Part shown: positions 9,090 through 20,291 of the stretch, piece by piece | Layout of the letters: the number at the start of each line of letters is the position of its first letter | Position numbering within the stretch: position 1 is the first letter of the stretch | Virus record (IMG/VR): IMGVR_UViG_2744054576_000007 | Location: 1-64,000 of that record | DNA: 64,000 nt | Strand: one strand, 5' to 3' | From: a virus | Taxonomy: Duplodnaviria > Heunggongvirae > Uroviricota > Caudoviricetes | Program-made: the position numbers and the translations under genes | Notes under the pieces: model-generated | What the model was told of the DNA's origin: nothing | The model's input: the letters and a program-made list of their open reading frames with translations, nothing else | Database searches by the model: none

Positions 9090-9311
9090 TCACCGTTTTA
9101 CAGACTTACGATTCTTGCGTTGCGCTGCAAATTTCGTGAGTGTAGCCCCTTCTTTTTGTCCATTCACGGCAGGCTTAACAAATTGAAACTTTAACCCTTC
9201 TTTAATCGCGATTCGTTTTGCCTCTTTTACCGCTCCAAGATGGTCATTTGGTAGATTGTTGATTACCACGTTTTTGTTTTGTGTGTTTACTGCGATTCCG
9301 TAAAATTTCAT
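9090..9311 (-). CDS. hypothetical protein
   Basis: 73-aa ORF with a basic C-terminus. Confidence 0.35.
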   Translation of the reverse strand: MKFYGIAVNTQNKNVVINNLPNDHLGAVKEAKRIAIKEGLKFQFVKPAVNGQKEGATLTKFAAQRKNRKSVKR

Positions 9312-9342
9312 ATGTATATTTTCTCCGTTCTTATATGTATTT

Positions 9343-10851
9343 TTATTTTGTTTGATTTACTTCTTTATAATCTTCAATGAATAATTGACAAGTCTTAATT
9401 ATCTTCTTCTTTGGCCTATACTGAGTCCAAGAATTCACATTTAATGAACCCAATGCTTCGATCTCAGTGAACACAGGTACTTTCTCATAATATTCTTCGC
9501 CTGTTTTGAACTTCATTAATTGTAGCTTTCCACAATCAATCTTAACTGTATTTTTCGTTTTACCCATTAGTTTCTTGTCTGAAATGAATAGATCTTTAAT
9601 TAGAAATGTTCCCGGCTTAAAGTTGTTTCCTGAGTAGCGATAGAACTCTGTTAGATTGTTGATGAATCTTTCATCAACATCGTTCGCACTAAACTCTAAA
9701 TCATAATACATTGTGCTGTCTGGTACGAAATCTCTTAATTTAGAATTTAGTTCCTGACGCAGTAATTCAAGATGGGTCACTAACACTCCTACACCACCAG
9801 CACCGTCATGTCCTGCTGCATATGTAGTATTCTCACATCTGCTCAGCAACTCTAACATTGAAAAGTCATCCAGTCCTCTAAAGCTACCCGAATATGTATC
9901 TTTGTCATCTCCAAATCCAAGTACGATTGCTGGCCTACTATATTTTTTTGAAATTTCTTGTGCCACTAATCCGTTTATCCCTCTGCCTAGAGTGGGATCA
10001 AAAACAATTATTACTTTATCGCTTTCACACAACCCAGTTTTCATGGCTTCTAGCGCTTCAGATTGAACTATCTTCCTGTTTTCGTTCAACTTAATTAATT
10101 CTTTTACATATTTTTTTGTGTCTGAAGAAATAGAATCGCTCATTAAAAAGTCTATAGCTAATTTCATATTATCGGCTCTAGTTGCGGCAGTAACGGCAGG
10201 GCTTGCACCATAAAGAAAATCTGTTGAAGTTAGAGTCTTCAAGTCAGAATTCATAGACTCGAACAGAAGCTTTAATCCTTCATGACGTAACCCTTTAAGT
10301 GACAACTTAGCATAATACCTATTTTCCATTTCCATCATGGACATCATATCTGCCATTAAAGCAAATCCCGGTAAGTCCCTTAATTCTGAGGTAAATGATG
10401 CGTCCATATAGTCATCTAACACTTGACACACCTTGAACACTAACAGTCCACCTGAAGCATTTTTATTTGGATACTTGCATTCTGGTTGCTGTGGATTAAC
10501 CAAGATACAATACGGGTTGTATACATCGACCGTATGGTGGTCGATAACTAGACAATCAATACCCTTATCTACCAGCATTTTCAGTGGTTCTACATCATTA
10601 CTACTACTGTCTACTGCTATGTATAAATCTGTATCATCTTCAACTTTATCAACTATATACTCCGAACCATGACCGACTGATCGCTCCACATGTTTAATGA
10701 AAACATTGTCAGTGAAATTAATTAGCCATTTATATAGAATAACTGCCGAAGTAATGCCATCATAATCCACGTCAGCATAAATAATTATCTTTTCATTGTC
10801 TTTGATTGCTTTAATGATCCTCGATACTAGTACATCGATGTTCTTTAACAA
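9343..10851 (-). CDS. DHH-family phosphoesterase with DHHA1 domain (RecJ-like ssDNA exonuclease / NrnA-like)
   Basis: DVDYDG (motif I), VIDHH (motif III) and the DHHA1 GHDGAGG motif. The track start is TTG and the open frame continues upstream to ~10990 with no ATG, so the true start is uncertain. Confidence 0.6.
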   Translation of the reverse strand: MLKNIDVLVSRIIKAIKDNEKIIIYADVDYDGITSAVILYKWLINFTDNVFIKHVERSVGHGSEYIVDKVEDDTDLYIAVDSSSNDVEPLKMLVDKGIDCLVIDHHTVDVYNPYCILVNPQQPECKYPNKNASGGLLVFKVCQVLDDYMDASFTSELRDLPGFALMADMMSMMEMENRYYAKLSLKGLRHEGLKLLFESMNSDLKTLTSTDFLYGASPAVTAATRADNMKLAIDFLMSDSISSDTKKYVKELIKLNENRKIVQSEALEAMKTGLCESDKVIIVFDPTLGRGINGLVAQEISKKYSRPAIVLGFGDDKDTYSGSFRGLDDFSMLELLSRCENTTYAAGHDGAGGVGVLVTHLELLRQELNSKLRDFVPDSTMYYDLEFSANDVDERFINNLTEFYRYSGNNFKPGTFLIKDLFISDKKLMGKTKNTVKIDCGKLQLMKFKTGEEYYEKVPVFTEIEALGSLNVNSWTQYRPKKKIIKTCQLFIEDYKEVNQTK

Positions 10852-11228
10852 GTACGGACTGTGAACAACATTAGAGAGCGGATTTAGAAATTGATCTATA
10901 TCTTCAATTCCATTAATCTTAGCGAGTTTACTGTATGTATTGTCATAAGGCTCAAACGGAATTTTGGGTTGCTTTTGCTTCCAGACTATGATTTGATCAC
11001 TCCTTGATACTTCTTTATTGAATACTTATTTTGAATTTTTCAGGTAGTGTAATTTTAAGGTTATTGTCAATTGCTTTCATAAAGTTGTGGGTGAGATGCC
11101 TATTCTCCCTTCCTGTCTGTTTATTTATGATCTTGATATTAGCCATATCTAATCACTCCTCAGTTCAGGTTAGTTTAAAAACATACGTTTCAGTATTTCT
11201 GCCTTTTGTTTATCTTCTTATCCATGGT

Positions 11229-11420
11229 TTAGACCTCCTCAATGTCATCGACTTCAATTTCGTCTGTTTGCTCATTCAATAAAGCATCCCACCAGTCAAT
11301 AGCGGATTCAATGAGTTCGTTTTGTTTTTTCTCGGCTAGTTCATAAAATTCATCTTCCGTCAATTCGAGTTCCACTTCATAGTTCACACGTACAGTTGCT
11401 GTTCCCGATATTCTAATCAT
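11229..11420 (-). CDS. small acidic protein
   Basis: 63 aa, very Glu/Asp-rich. Typical small phage early protein. Confidence 0.4.
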   Translation of the reverse strand: MIRISGTATVRVNYEVELELTEDEFYELAEKKQNELIESAIDWWDALLNEQTDEIEVDDIEEV

Positions 11421-11799
11421 TCCTTATTCCTCTCCTTGCCCTTTAGGGGCTGTATTAGTAGCTATCCTCATAAGCAACAAACTCTTGACCTACCAAATCA
11501 CAAAGCTTTTCTAAGGCACTGTCATAGGCATGGAATAAGGATACGATTCGTTCTCCGTACTCTTTTCGTTCTTGCCTCAGGTCTTCGATGATTTTTTCTA
11601 TGTCATCTTTCATTCCTCTATCCCCTCTATTAGATCATTCCTTGAATTTCAAGCAGTTCGTTGATTATATTCATGATTTCATGCGCCACTTCTTCCTTGC
11701 CTTGCTTCCGAAACAGCTCCACTTTTGAATACAAAACGTCTGTGTAAATCCCTAATTTTAATTCGAGTCCATCCATTGTTCTCTATCTCCTCTCCTTTT

Positions 11800-12042
11800 T
11801 CAAAAATCACTGAAATTATTATGCAAGGATAATCCGTTTTTATGTTTTCTTATAATAGCTACGTCATCAAAATTCAGTGCATCCAAAACTTCCTGCGTTC
11901 CTACATAAACCCTTCCTGTAAATCTACCATTTCTATCTTTATGTATCTGATAGATTCCTGAATCTACTTTAATAAACACTATATTTGCTTTTTCTTTTAG
12001 TGTGGCTGTTGGTTCTAAATTTTGTGTCATCGCTATCATCAC
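11800..12042 (-). CDS. hypothetical protein
   Basis: 80-aa ORF in the array. Confidence 0.4.
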   Translation of the reverse strand: MMIAMTQNLEPTATLKEKANIVFIKVDSGIYQIHKDRNGRFTGRVYVGTQEVLDALNFDDVAIIRKHKNGLSLHNNFSDF

Positions 12043-12061
12043 TCCTTATAAAATAGTAGTT

Positions 12062-12586
12062 TTACGCAGACTGTTTTTTTATTTCTTCAAGATACTTTTC
12101 TTGATGCTCAATTTCTGTAATCGGAATTACAAAACTATCTCCTGTTGATTGTTTAGTTCTTTCTTCTAGGTCAAAATCTGCTTTATAATAGAGTTCATGG
12201 TCACTAGTCTTAAAGGTTTTTAATGTTTCTCCATGATAACGCATTACACAGTAACAGAAATTGATATGTCCCAAACTCTCAAACTTCTCTAGTCCAGCTT
12301 CTTTGACAATCTCTTTGTAGGCAGCTTCAATTTCTTTTGCCTTTTTTGAGTTTGTTTTTAAAGTACCGTCTTTTTTGAAAATCTTCTTATTTTCATCCTT
12401 TTTAAGTTCTGAGTATTCTATTTGAAGATAGTTTGGGGATTGAACCATTAAAGTGATTTTCTCATCGAGTAATTCACTTACTTTAGCATAAATTGGTTTC
12501 CACTTTGGAAGTAAGGCTAAGTGTTGTTTCACTGCTTCATGATATTTTGTTCCTTGTTTGATTTTAAAAAATTTCATTTCATTCAT
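12062..12586 (-). CDS. hypothetical protein
   Basis: 174-aa ORF. Confidence 0.45.
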   Translation of the reverse strand: MNEMKFFKIKQGTKYHEAVKQHLALLPKWKPIYAKVSELLDEKITLMVQSPNYLQIEYSELKKDENKKIFKKDGTLKTNSKKAKEIEAAYKEIVKEAGLEKFESLGHINFCYCVMRYHGETLKTFKTSDHELYYKADFDLEERTKQSTGDSFVIPITEIEHQEKYLEEIKKQSA

Positions 12587-12651
12587 TTTACTGTCTCCTC
12601 ATTTTTTATATTGGTTACATTCAATAAAATCTTGTTTTTATCGATATCCTG

Positions 12652-13227
12652 CTACCCATTCAATTTCCAATAGCCAAGTCTAATCCATTCTTTTACTGCA
12701 TCAATAGAATAACGACGAGTAGCATAAGGATATGAAATTGATTTGACAATATAGTCTTTATTACTTTTGAATGCAATAAATATTCCACCGTTACGATTTT
12801 TAAAATAAAATGAATTTTTTAACTCGATCTCATTGTTCGTCTTATTGTTGTCATTTCTATTTAGCAGCTCATCAAGTTCTTTAAGCAACGTACCCATTTC
12901 TTCATTTTCTCTTGAAATCAGATAATTGATATCGCTTTGACTATATTTATTTTTAATCAAATTAATTCTTTCATTGATTCGACTAATGCGCTTTTCTTTT
13001 ACGATCTTTTTAAGTACTCGATTTTCATGACTTCTCATATCAACCTTCGCCACAATCCATTTCGTAGCTATGCAATTAATGGTGTTTCCTATATCTACTA
13101 CTCTTCCTGTTTCATATCCACGAGCAGTGTCACAAACAACTAAATCCCCCTTCTTTAAATCAAGATCGGTGTAGAATGCGTACGGTGTTTGGCTTCCGTT
13201 GTGTTTTACAATTGCAATTTTAGTCAT
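12652..13227 (-). CDS. hypothetical protein
   Basis: 191-aa ORF. Confidence 0.45.
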   Translation of the reverse strand: MTKIAIVKHNGSQTPYAFYTDLDLKKGDLVVCDTARGYETGRVVDIGNTINCIATKWIVAKVDMRSHENRVLKKIVKEKRISRINERINLIKNKYSQSDINYLISRENEEMGTLLKELDELLNRNDNNKTNNEIELKNSFYFKNRNGGIFIAFKSNKDYIVKSISYPYATRRYSIDAVKEWIRLGYWKLNG

Positions 13228-13243
13228 ATGTATTATTCTCCTT

Positions 13244-13555
13244 TTATTTGCTGTTTACCTGAGACCAATTCTTATATTCATCTGCTCTAATAGCAAAATA
13301 ATCACCATCATGTTGAAAACATTTATAAGCAATAAGTGTATTAACCGAGTTTTTTATATTCACTCTATCCCCCATAGGTACGGGAATCCATTGATACGAC
13401 TCATTAATTTCGTCAAGCCAAAACAAGAAGTTCTCCCATTCTAGCTTCGATACAATTTGAAAGTTGTCTGCTTTAAACAAATTGGCCTCTCCTTGTAAAA
13501 GTATATTTTTATAGTGATTTGTTTCTCTGAATATCCCAAAGTTCTTGGATAGCAA
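13244..13555 (-). CDS. hypothetical protein
   Basis: 103-aa ORF. Confidence 0.4.
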   Translation of the reverse strand: MLSKNFGIFRETNHYKNILLQGEANLFKADNFQIVSKLEWENFLFWLDEINESYQWIPVPMGDRVNIKNSVNTLIAYKCFQHDGDYFAIRADEYKNWSQVNSK

Positions 13556-13720
13556 TACCGATAATTGCCGTTATTGAGCCAGCAAAAAACATCCAGTCAT
13601 TGGCAACAAAATTGCTGAAGATTTCATATCCCAAAATGTAAGTAAACAATAAAAGCAAATGTTTAATTATTCTATTTTTCATTATATTCCCCTTTCTGAT
13701 TACGTTTATTTAGTTTTCGA

Positions 13721-13924
13721 CTACTTCACAGTTCTCAGGTCATCCAGTGACACAGCTCCACCAAATTTGCATTTGAGATCAAATATCCCTTTTCGCCTAC
13801 TTTTTTTGATGATGTAAATATCTGACCCATCGTAAAAAGCTTTGTTGTGTAAATCATCATCGGTTCTCCCAAGTTCTAATTGTTTTGAGATCCATTCGCT
13901 AATTAGCGCAGAGTTAGATTTCAT
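13721..13924 (-). CDS. hypothetical protein
   Basis: 67-aa ORF. Confidence 0.35.
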   Translation of the reverse strand: MKSNSALISEWISKQLELGRTDDDLHNKAFYDGSDIYIIKKSRRKGIFDLKCKFGGAVSLDDLRTVK

Positions 13925-13957
13925 TTGCCATTCTCCTTTCTTTATAAAACTCTTCTT

Positions 13958-14365
13958 TTATCTAAACTCCAAATTTTCATTTCTCTTAGCTGCCAATCTG
14001 CATCCCTGAATGAAATATTTGGTCAATTGGACATAACCACCTTGTGAAAGGACATGTCCTTGTCCTTTCCCTTTTTCTTTCTCAAGTCTGATGATATTGG
14101 GAAGGATACATTCTAGCTCATCTGCAACCAATAAGCACATATCAGGATCAATATAGCCATCACAGTCACTATGACCAAAAAACTCAGTTAATCCTTTATG
14201 TGTTTCTGTGCTGTATCCATCGCCATAGTACCAGTAATTATCTTTGAGTTCTTCATTATCATGAGGAGGAAAGCTTCCCCCAATTGATTCAAGTAAGAAA
14301 GCTCTAAACCTGTTAAAAGCCGAGTATGCTGCATCAAATGCTCCATGTGAGACTGTCAATCCCAT
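13958..14365 (-). CDS. hypothetical protein
   Basis: 135-aa ORF. Confidence 0.4.
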   Translation of the reverse strand: MGLTVSHGAFDAAYSAFNRFRAFLLESIGGSFPPHDNEELKDNYWYYGDGYSTETHKGLTEFFGHSDCDGYIDPDMCLLVADELECILPNIIRLEKEKGKGQGHVLSQGGYVQLTKYFIQGCRLAAKRNENLEFR

Positions 14366-14376
14366 GTTCTAACCTC

Positions 14377-14877
14377 CTACCATTTCTCATCCGTATAGTC
14401 ATAACCATATTTAATAACTTCTCTATCGCCCTGAACGATTTTTCCATCTTTTAATTCATAAAAGATGCTGTTAGACCATTCCTCATAATAGTATTCTAGG
14501 TGTTCAATACTATCTGCAATTCTAGGCAACACTTCCTCAAAAAATGCTTCAATCTCACTTTCATAATTTTTCAAGCTGCATTGAAATGTCCAATATCCTG
14601 TTTCAAAACTAAAGCCTCTTTCAAATCCATCAGTTGCTTTTCCATTCCAATAATCTAGAGAACCATCATCCTTCTTGGGAATATCTTCCCATTCATCTGG
14701 CATGTAAGACAGTGAGCCACATGGAATGAATGATGCTCTACCGAATCGACCAAAGCGTCGCATAAAATCAAAATCTGAGGTTCCCCATTCATAACCTTCC
14801 TCATGTAATCTCTGTAGTTCTTCCCTATATTCTTCCTTTATATATACCTTGCAACGAAGTCCTGTATACATTCCCAT
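14377..14877 (-). CDS. hypothetical protein
   Basis: 166-aa ORF, rich in aromatic and acidic residues. Confidence 0.4.
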   Translation of the reverse strand: MGMYTGLRCKVYIKEEYREELQRLHEEGYEWGTSDFDFMRRFGRFGRASFIPCGSLSYMPDEWEDIPKKDDGSLDYWNGKATDGFERGFSFETGYWTFQCSLKNYESEIEAFFEEVLPRIADSIEHLEYYYEEWSNSIFYELKDGKIVQGDREVIKYGYDYTDEKW

Positions 14878-15278
14878 TTTTCATCTTCTCCTCGTTTGAT
14901 TTATATCTGCATAAAATTCAAATTTTACGAGCCATTAATTTTCCCTTGTCTCTTCAAATTCAAGAACCAATCCATCGCTATAGGGATTGAAGCCTATAAT
15001 TTTCAAATCTGTTTCTTCTTTTATATTTACTAACTCAAGATCATTGTCGCCATAATAATCATAATATTGATGTAGCATCTTAATTGCATCGCTTACTCTC
15101 ATACTAATTCTCCAATCTCAATAGTTTAGTTGTGTTGGTCGTAAAGCTATCTCATTCTCATCGTCATATTCTATTTCAAAAGTATTGGTGTATCCTTCAT
15201 TTCCTATATAAAGCCAAACTTCTTCACTCCCGCGCTCTATTTGTAATTTCTTCAATTCTTTAATTAAGTTATTTAGAG

Positions 15279-15737
15279 TCACTTAACTGTCTCCTTTGGT
15301 CTCCAATTTGGATGCATATCATAAAATTCTAAAATGTACTTTTTGAAGTATTCTTCCATTCCTTCACGTTGAATGGTTTTGATTTCTTCTAAATTCGTAT
15401 TACTGCCACAAAACATTTCTCTACTATAGTTAAGATCAACATTAAAATATGAACCACTTTTTGGTCTTTCAATTTTTTCACACTCATAAAACTTTTCGAG
15501 AATTTCAATTACCTCGTCTTGAGACATGCCATAACTCATTTCAATCTTTTCGCACTCAAACTGAATATGAGCACAGATGGCTTCAAACACTTCTAAGGTA
15601 TATGGAGCAGACACCCAATAATCAGTCTCGTTTTCATCCGCTGCATGATTAAGTTTAAAAATTCGAGTTGTTTTGGACTGAAGATTCTTTTTCTTTTTTA
15701 TTGACTCGAATACTTTCTTTATTGTTTGGTTTACCAA
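15279..15737 (-). CDS. hypothetical protein
   Basis: 152-aa ORF. Confidence 0.4.
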   Translation of the reverse strand: MVNQTIKKVFESIKKKKNLQSKTTRIFKLNHAADENETDYWVSAPYTLEVFEAICAHIQFECEKIEMSYGMSQDEVIEILEKFYECEKIERPKSGSYFNVDLNYSREMFCGSNTNLEEIKTIQREGMEEYFKKYILEFYDMHPNWRPKETVK

Positions 15738-15852
15738 ATTGACAGCACTCCTTTTTTAGTCTTTATAAAACAACTTTTACAAGCTTGTTTACGAGTTTGA
15801 GAGGTTGATGGCTATGATTAATCTATGGTCAACCTCTTATATGTATTATTAT

Positions 15853-16095
15853 TTATTTTTGTATATAAAACTTAGCTTTGCAATAATACATGAACCCCGT
15901 TGAATCTTTTCCTTCATCATCAATAATATATGCTTCAGCTACACCACATGAACTTGCGTTTGCCTCCCATCTGTATAATTTATAAAACTTTCCCACCGTG
16001 GTCTTGATGTTGAATTTCTTGTCTGCAATAAAAACATGAGTTGCCTCATCTATATTCTCCGTAGGAATAAGATTTGCAGGTTGCTCTTCATGCAT
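15853..16095 (-). CDS. hypothetical protein
   Basis: 80-aa ORF. Confidence 0.35.
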   Translation of the reverse strand: MHEEQPANLIPTENIDEATHVFIADKKFNIKTTVGKFYKLYRWEANASSCGVAEAYIIDDEGKDSTGFMYYCKAKFYIQK

Positions 16096-16230
16096 GGAAC
16101 CACACCTCTCTGTTTCATAATTTAATTATATTTGTATGTTGGAATGTTGTCAACCGCTAATTTTATAACTTTATAGTTCTACTTTTAGTAAATCTAATAG
16201 CTGCTATGTCTTCTTTCAAACAAGCTTCAT

Positions 16231-16268
16231 CAAAAAAATAATCTGAGTAAAAACTATATTTTACTCAG
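16231..16268 (-). terminator. rho-independent terminator overlapping the primase stop codon
   Basis: Perfect 10-bp stem CTGAGTAAAA/TTTTACTCAG with a 5-nt loop, followed on the minus strand by a U-tract (plus-strand AAAAAAATA). Confidence 0.6.
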
Positions 16269-17338
16269 ACTGATACTTTGTATTTACACTCTGTATAAAG
16301 AATATTGAATACCTCTTCCCCTCTGTCACATGGACTGTCTTTATCTTTAAACAAGTTTCTATTGTCATATAAGGCATACACATTTCTAGTTTTCCCGAAC
16401 TTAGCTGCTTGTTTTTTTACTGCTTCTACTGGCTTGTCTTTATCTAACGCTATAACTATCTCTACATCATGGTCTAATTCTTTTATCATCTTAACCTGCC
16501 ACTCACTTAAATCATCGCCACTAATAGCAACACAGTTTCGATGACCGTATTGACTAATTAACCAGCAAGTTTTTTCACCTTCAAATATCAATATCTCTTT
16601 TCTTTCTAATATGTAATACAAGGCTCTATGCCAATTGTAGAGTTCAACCATCTTATTGAAATTAATAAGATATAAAAATTTATAAACATTTCTTTCCTCA
16701 TAATCATCAAAGATAGTCCTACCCTTGATTGACACAATGTCACCAAACCGATTATGAATGGGGAAAATGATTCGCTGACTTCTTAAATCAAACCCTATTT
16801 GAAATTCTCGCTGTGTTTCGCATGACACCCCCTCATCTAGATAAGTTTGATGAGGGTACATGACATATTGATTCAATATTTCGTCATCATAAGTGTCGTT
16901 TTCAATATTATTTAACTCTCTTTTTTTCTTACGTTTCCGCCTAACATCCTTGAGCCAATCAAGTTGAACTAAACTAGTTGGAGGTATATAGCTGCTGTCT
17001 AAAAATTCTTTGTAGCATAATTGTTCACATATCCATCTCTTAGCTTTAGGCAATCCTCTTTGTCTGTCATCTTCTGATATTTGATCAAAAACTATATAAG
17101 ATACTAATCCATAAATATCTATGTCTGACTCTCCAAGCGTCCTAATTCTGCTTGATAGGCTTTCATTTAAATAAACTTGAACTGATCTTTTATTTGGCGA
17201 TTCAAATTTGTGGGGGAGTTGCGCCTCGTAGCGATTATTCTTTTTTTCTACATATTCGCAACCCATTGCTTCTAAAAGTTCTCCAATCCTTGATTCCTCT
17301 ATGATTCTTTCCTTTATTAACTTCAGATCATTGCTCAT
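16265..17338 (-). CDS. DnaG-like DNA primase (Toprim domain)
   Basis: EGEKTCW...VAISGDD...VIALDKDKP shows the Toprim E...DxD signature. 357 aa. Immediately downstream of the helicase gene. Confidence 0.6.
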   Translation of the reverse strand: MSNDLKLIKERIIEESRIGELLEAMGCEYVEKKNNRYEAQLPHKFESPNKRSVQVYLNESLSSRIRTLGESDIDIYGLVSYIVFDQISEDDRQRGLPKAKRWICEQLCYKEFLDSSYIPPTSLVQLDWLKDVRRKRKKKRELNNIENDTYDDEILNQYVMYPHQTYLDEGVSCETQREFQIGFDLRSQRIIFPIHNRFGDIVSIKGRTIFDDYEERNVYKFLYLINFNKMVELYNWHRALYYILERKEILIFEGEKTCWLISQYGHRNCVAISGDDLSEWQVKMIKELDHDVEIVIALDKDKPVEAVKKQAAKFGKTRNVYALYDNRNLFKDKDSPCDRGEEVFNILYTECKYKVSV

Positions 17339-17357
17339 GCTGCTCCTCCAAAGGAGT

Positions 17358-18875
17358 TTAACGTCCGTTATTAGGTACGACTACTAATGCTACCTCTTTC
17401 CAAATATTAAAATCATAATTCACTTCAAACACTATTTGTTCATCCTCAGATCCTTCACGGTTTTTAGGTAGGAACAGAATGAGATATTTTTTCCCTGGGT
17501 CTAATTTATACGGTTTCTTGTGCCATCCACCAAAACCACTATCCTTCTCCCAGTTGTATGGATCTAACTCGTTTTTTCCACCGGGATATTCGTCTGCAAA
17601 AATCAATCTGCCAGCCATCACAACGGCTGCTACTTCTACAATCTCTGGTGATTTACCAATACAATCTAAATCTATGTATCTAAACTCTTTACCAATCTTA
17701 AGTTGGACTGTTGCTATTGTGGCGCAATTATTAGACTCTTCTTTGATACAGTCATACAGTTCTTGAGCTGAGTTGGAGAAAGCAAGCCATCGTTCTACGT
17801 TCTGTGATAAGTCAGGTTTAAATGTATCGAAATAAATATGCTTATAACCTAACGGTCTATAAAGTTCAATCCTATTAATGACATCTTCGATCCGATACTT
17901 TTTGAGTTGTACAAACTTAATAAAGTCTGGACGGTGTGTCTGCAACCATTCGGCAGCTTCCTTAAGTGTCTGTTTAATCTCTGCACTAAATCCACCCCTG
18001 TTAACCGTATCTCGTGCCACTGGCTTTTTCAAAATTCTTGCGGCAACGGTCACTAGAAGTCTTGTTCTCCATCTTTTTATCCCTTCTTCATTTGCAAAGA
18101 CAATTCCTTTTTCTCCGCTCTCAAGTAACCCCAAAACACCTTTCTCAGTTAATATGCTCGATTTCCCCACACCTGAAGGAAGGACGAGATACATTAAGTT
18201 CCCAAGCTTCTGACCATTGATCTTCTTATTTAGCCTAGGAGACTCGAATAGCGGTATTCCTGCATCTTCACCTGCCTCCAATTGATCAATGGTTTCATCT
18301 AGGTTATCTATAAGATTGTATTCAATTACTTCTCCACTATTTACGTGAGAAAAGGATTCTTTATGTTTAAATTGAAAGAAGCTTTGCATCTGTTTAAGTG
18401 ACATATTAGCCAATTTTGAAACCAGATTTGTATTACTTATATCCAACAATCCTTGCTTTTGAAGATTACGAAGTGACTCATATTTTTGTACTTCGCTAAA
18501 ATGATATTCATCATTTCCTTTGTCTCCGTCGCACTCTGATACGACTTCATCAATTGTTGAGAAGCCGCCATAATCATTATAATAATCAAAGTATGACTTC
18601 TTGCCGTTTTCAGAAGGTTTAGATGTAATAAATGAGTAAGTGGTTACATCATCAAATAATCGAATACCACTTTCATACATCTCTTTTCCAATATAAAAGT
18701 AGTACCACCATATTCCCTCTGTAAAAGTATCTTTGCTAATTTTATGGGTTTTGTATTTACCATATAGAGTAGGTGTGTTCCATAAATAACCGATAAATAT
18801 AGATTCATGAACTTTCGATGGATCTACGAATTCTTTGATATATTCTATTGCTACCACTCCTAACGAATTACACAA
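17358..18875 (-). CDS. replicative DNA helicase (DnaB/gp4-like RecA-fold P-loop NTPase)
   Basis: 505 aa. Walker A LPSGVGKSS in the C-terminal half. Gene order helicase then primase. Confidence 0.5.
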   Translation of the reverse strand: MCNSLGVVAIEYIKEFVDPSKVHESIFIGYLWNTPTLYGKYKTHKISKDTFTEGIWWYYFYIGKEMYESGIRLFDDVTTYSFITSKPSENGKKSYFDYYNDYGGFSTIDEVVSECDGDKGNDEYHFSEVQKYESLRNLQKQGLLDISNTNLVSKLANMSLKQMQSFFQFKHKESFSHVNSGEVIEYNLIDNLDETIDQLEAGEDAGIPLFESPRLNKKINGQKLGNLMYLVLPSGVGKSSILTEKGVLGLLESGEKGIVFANEEGIKRWRTRLLVTVAARILKKPVARDTVNRGGFSAEIKQTLKEAAEWLQTHRPDFIKFVQLKKYRIEDVINRIELYRPLGYKHIYFDTFKPDLSQNVERWLAFSNSAQELYDCIKEESNNCATIATVQLKIGKEFRYIDLDCIGKSPEIVEVAAVVMAGRLIFADEYPGGKNELDPYNWEKDSGFGGWHKKPYKLDPGKKYLILFLPKNREGSEDEQIVFEVNYDFNIWKEVALVVVPNNGR

Positions 18876-19449
18876 AATCAGAAATGTCTAAATCATCCCG
18901 TTTATTGCTATATGTATTTTTGTTTGTAAGAGATTGGTCTCTTTTTGACTCTTGTTTTTCAACTCTCTTTGCCACTTCTAATTGTTTCTTTTTATTCTGT
19001 CTTATTCTCCAAGCATCATTTAGATGCCCCATCATAGTAGAGATTGTATAGTTGACCTGATTAACATCGTTCCAATCTCCAATCTTTGTAGACATTGCAT
19101 GTAAGTTATTTTTCTCAGATAGTCTATAAGCTTCAAGCATTAGAGCATAGTCAGGCCCTGTTCTCCACTTTGAAATTTTCTTGCCTTTTTTATACTCAAA
19201 GCCAGCACGAAGATGCTTCAGTCTTGTTATATTTGCTACTGATAGTGTAACTAAATCGTGAAACTTTATTATGTATTGATATAGATCATCCCATTGTTCT
19301 TTTTCAATTCTAGTTGCCTCTTGCTCTTTCTTAAACCTATCAAAGCAGTATTCTTTGTGGTAATATCTCCTGTTTTCTAAAATCATATCTTCTCTAAGTC
19401 CATACTGACTACAAATCGGACACTTAACTGGTCTTGCCAGTTTAATCAC
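18868..19449 (-). CDS. hypothetical protein with N-terminal CxxC zinc-finger-like motif
   Basis: 193 aa. N-terminus contains CPICSQ...HKEYC. Confidence 0.4.
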   Translation of the reverse strand: MIKLARPVKCPICSQYGLREDMILENRRYYHKEYCFDRFKKEQEATRIEKEQWDDLYQYIIKFHDLVTLSVANITRLKHLRAGFEYKKGKKISKWRTGPDYALMLEAYRLSEKNNLHAMSTKIGDWNDVNQVNYTISTMMGHLNDAWRIRQNKKKQLEVAKRVEKQESKRDQSLTNKNTYSNKRDDLDISDFV

Positions 19450-19454
19450 CCCCT

Positions 19455-20291
19455 TTAGAATTTAAAACATTCAAACTCAGGCAATCTCAACAAATTGTTT
19501 TTCGTAAACCCTCTATGTTTAACTACGCACTTAATAACTTCTTTAATGTAGACTGTATTTTCTGTTTCCTTTACTTTTAGCTGCTGGAACACCTTATAAC
19601 CTGCTTTTCTTTCGTTTGAACCTACCGCTAAACTTAAGACACCTACTATTCGTTCACCATCAGATAATAGCCAACCAAATTCATCTTTTTTATAACCAGC
19701 AATGTAGTACTCTCCAACATCATAGGCAATTACTTTAAGCCACTTATCTGATCTTTTGTCAATCTCATATTTTGAACCGATGTCTTTCTGAACGATTCCT
19801 TCAAGTTTTTGTTGTTTAGTTAGATTAAAGTAGTCAACTCCGTGACCTAAGATGAATTTTGTCTTTGTGTAATATTCATTATCTTTAAATGCTGACTCCA
19901 GTATCTCTTTACGCTCAATTAGCGGCAAGTGGGTAACACTTTCCCCATTATAATTAATGATATCGAAAGCGCAAAAAGTTACCTTGTGTTTACTTTTTCT
20001 TGATTTAAACCTTTCTATAACTGATTCAAAATTTGGTTTTCCTTCTGAGTCAGTAACAATTAGTTCACCATCTAGAGTTGTTCCATTTTCAATTGGAATA
20101 TTATCAATAAGTTCAGGGAACTTGCCAGTTACTTCGTTCTTATGTCGTGTATATAGCCTTACTCCATCTCGTGTATCTACAAGAAGTCTTATCCCATCAA
20201 GCTTTAACTCTGTTAAATGCAAATTACTGTTAAATGGCTCATTGTTATCTGCCTTATGCAGAAGCATTGGAGATACAAACATATTCATCAC
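19455..20291 (-). CDS. ATP-dependent DNA ligase (minimal, adenylation plus OB domains)
   Basis: Motif I KLDGIR (KxDG), motif III FCAFDII and motif IV LDGELIV. 278 aa. Confidence 0.8.
   Translation of the reverse strand: MMNMFVSPMLLHKADNNEPFNSNLHLTELKLDGIRLLVDTRDGVRLYTRHKNEVTGKFPELIDNIPIENGTTLDGELIVTDSEGKPNFESVIERFKSRKSKHKVTFCAFDIINYNGESVTHLPLIERKEILESAFKDNEYYTKTKFILGHGVDYFNLTKQQKLEGIVQKDIGSKYEIDKRSDKWLKVIAYDVGEYYIAGYKKDEFGWLLSDGERIVGVLSLAVGSNERKAGYKVFQQLKVKETENTVYIKEVIKCVVKHRGFTKNNLLRLPEFECFKF

Noticed and set aside
10852-10990. Upstream in-frame extension of the DHH gene (no stop until about 10990).
   Set aside because: The extension contains no ATG. The track start is TTG without a clear ribosome-binding site. 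The start was left as given, with reduced confidence, rather than inventing an N-terminal extension.
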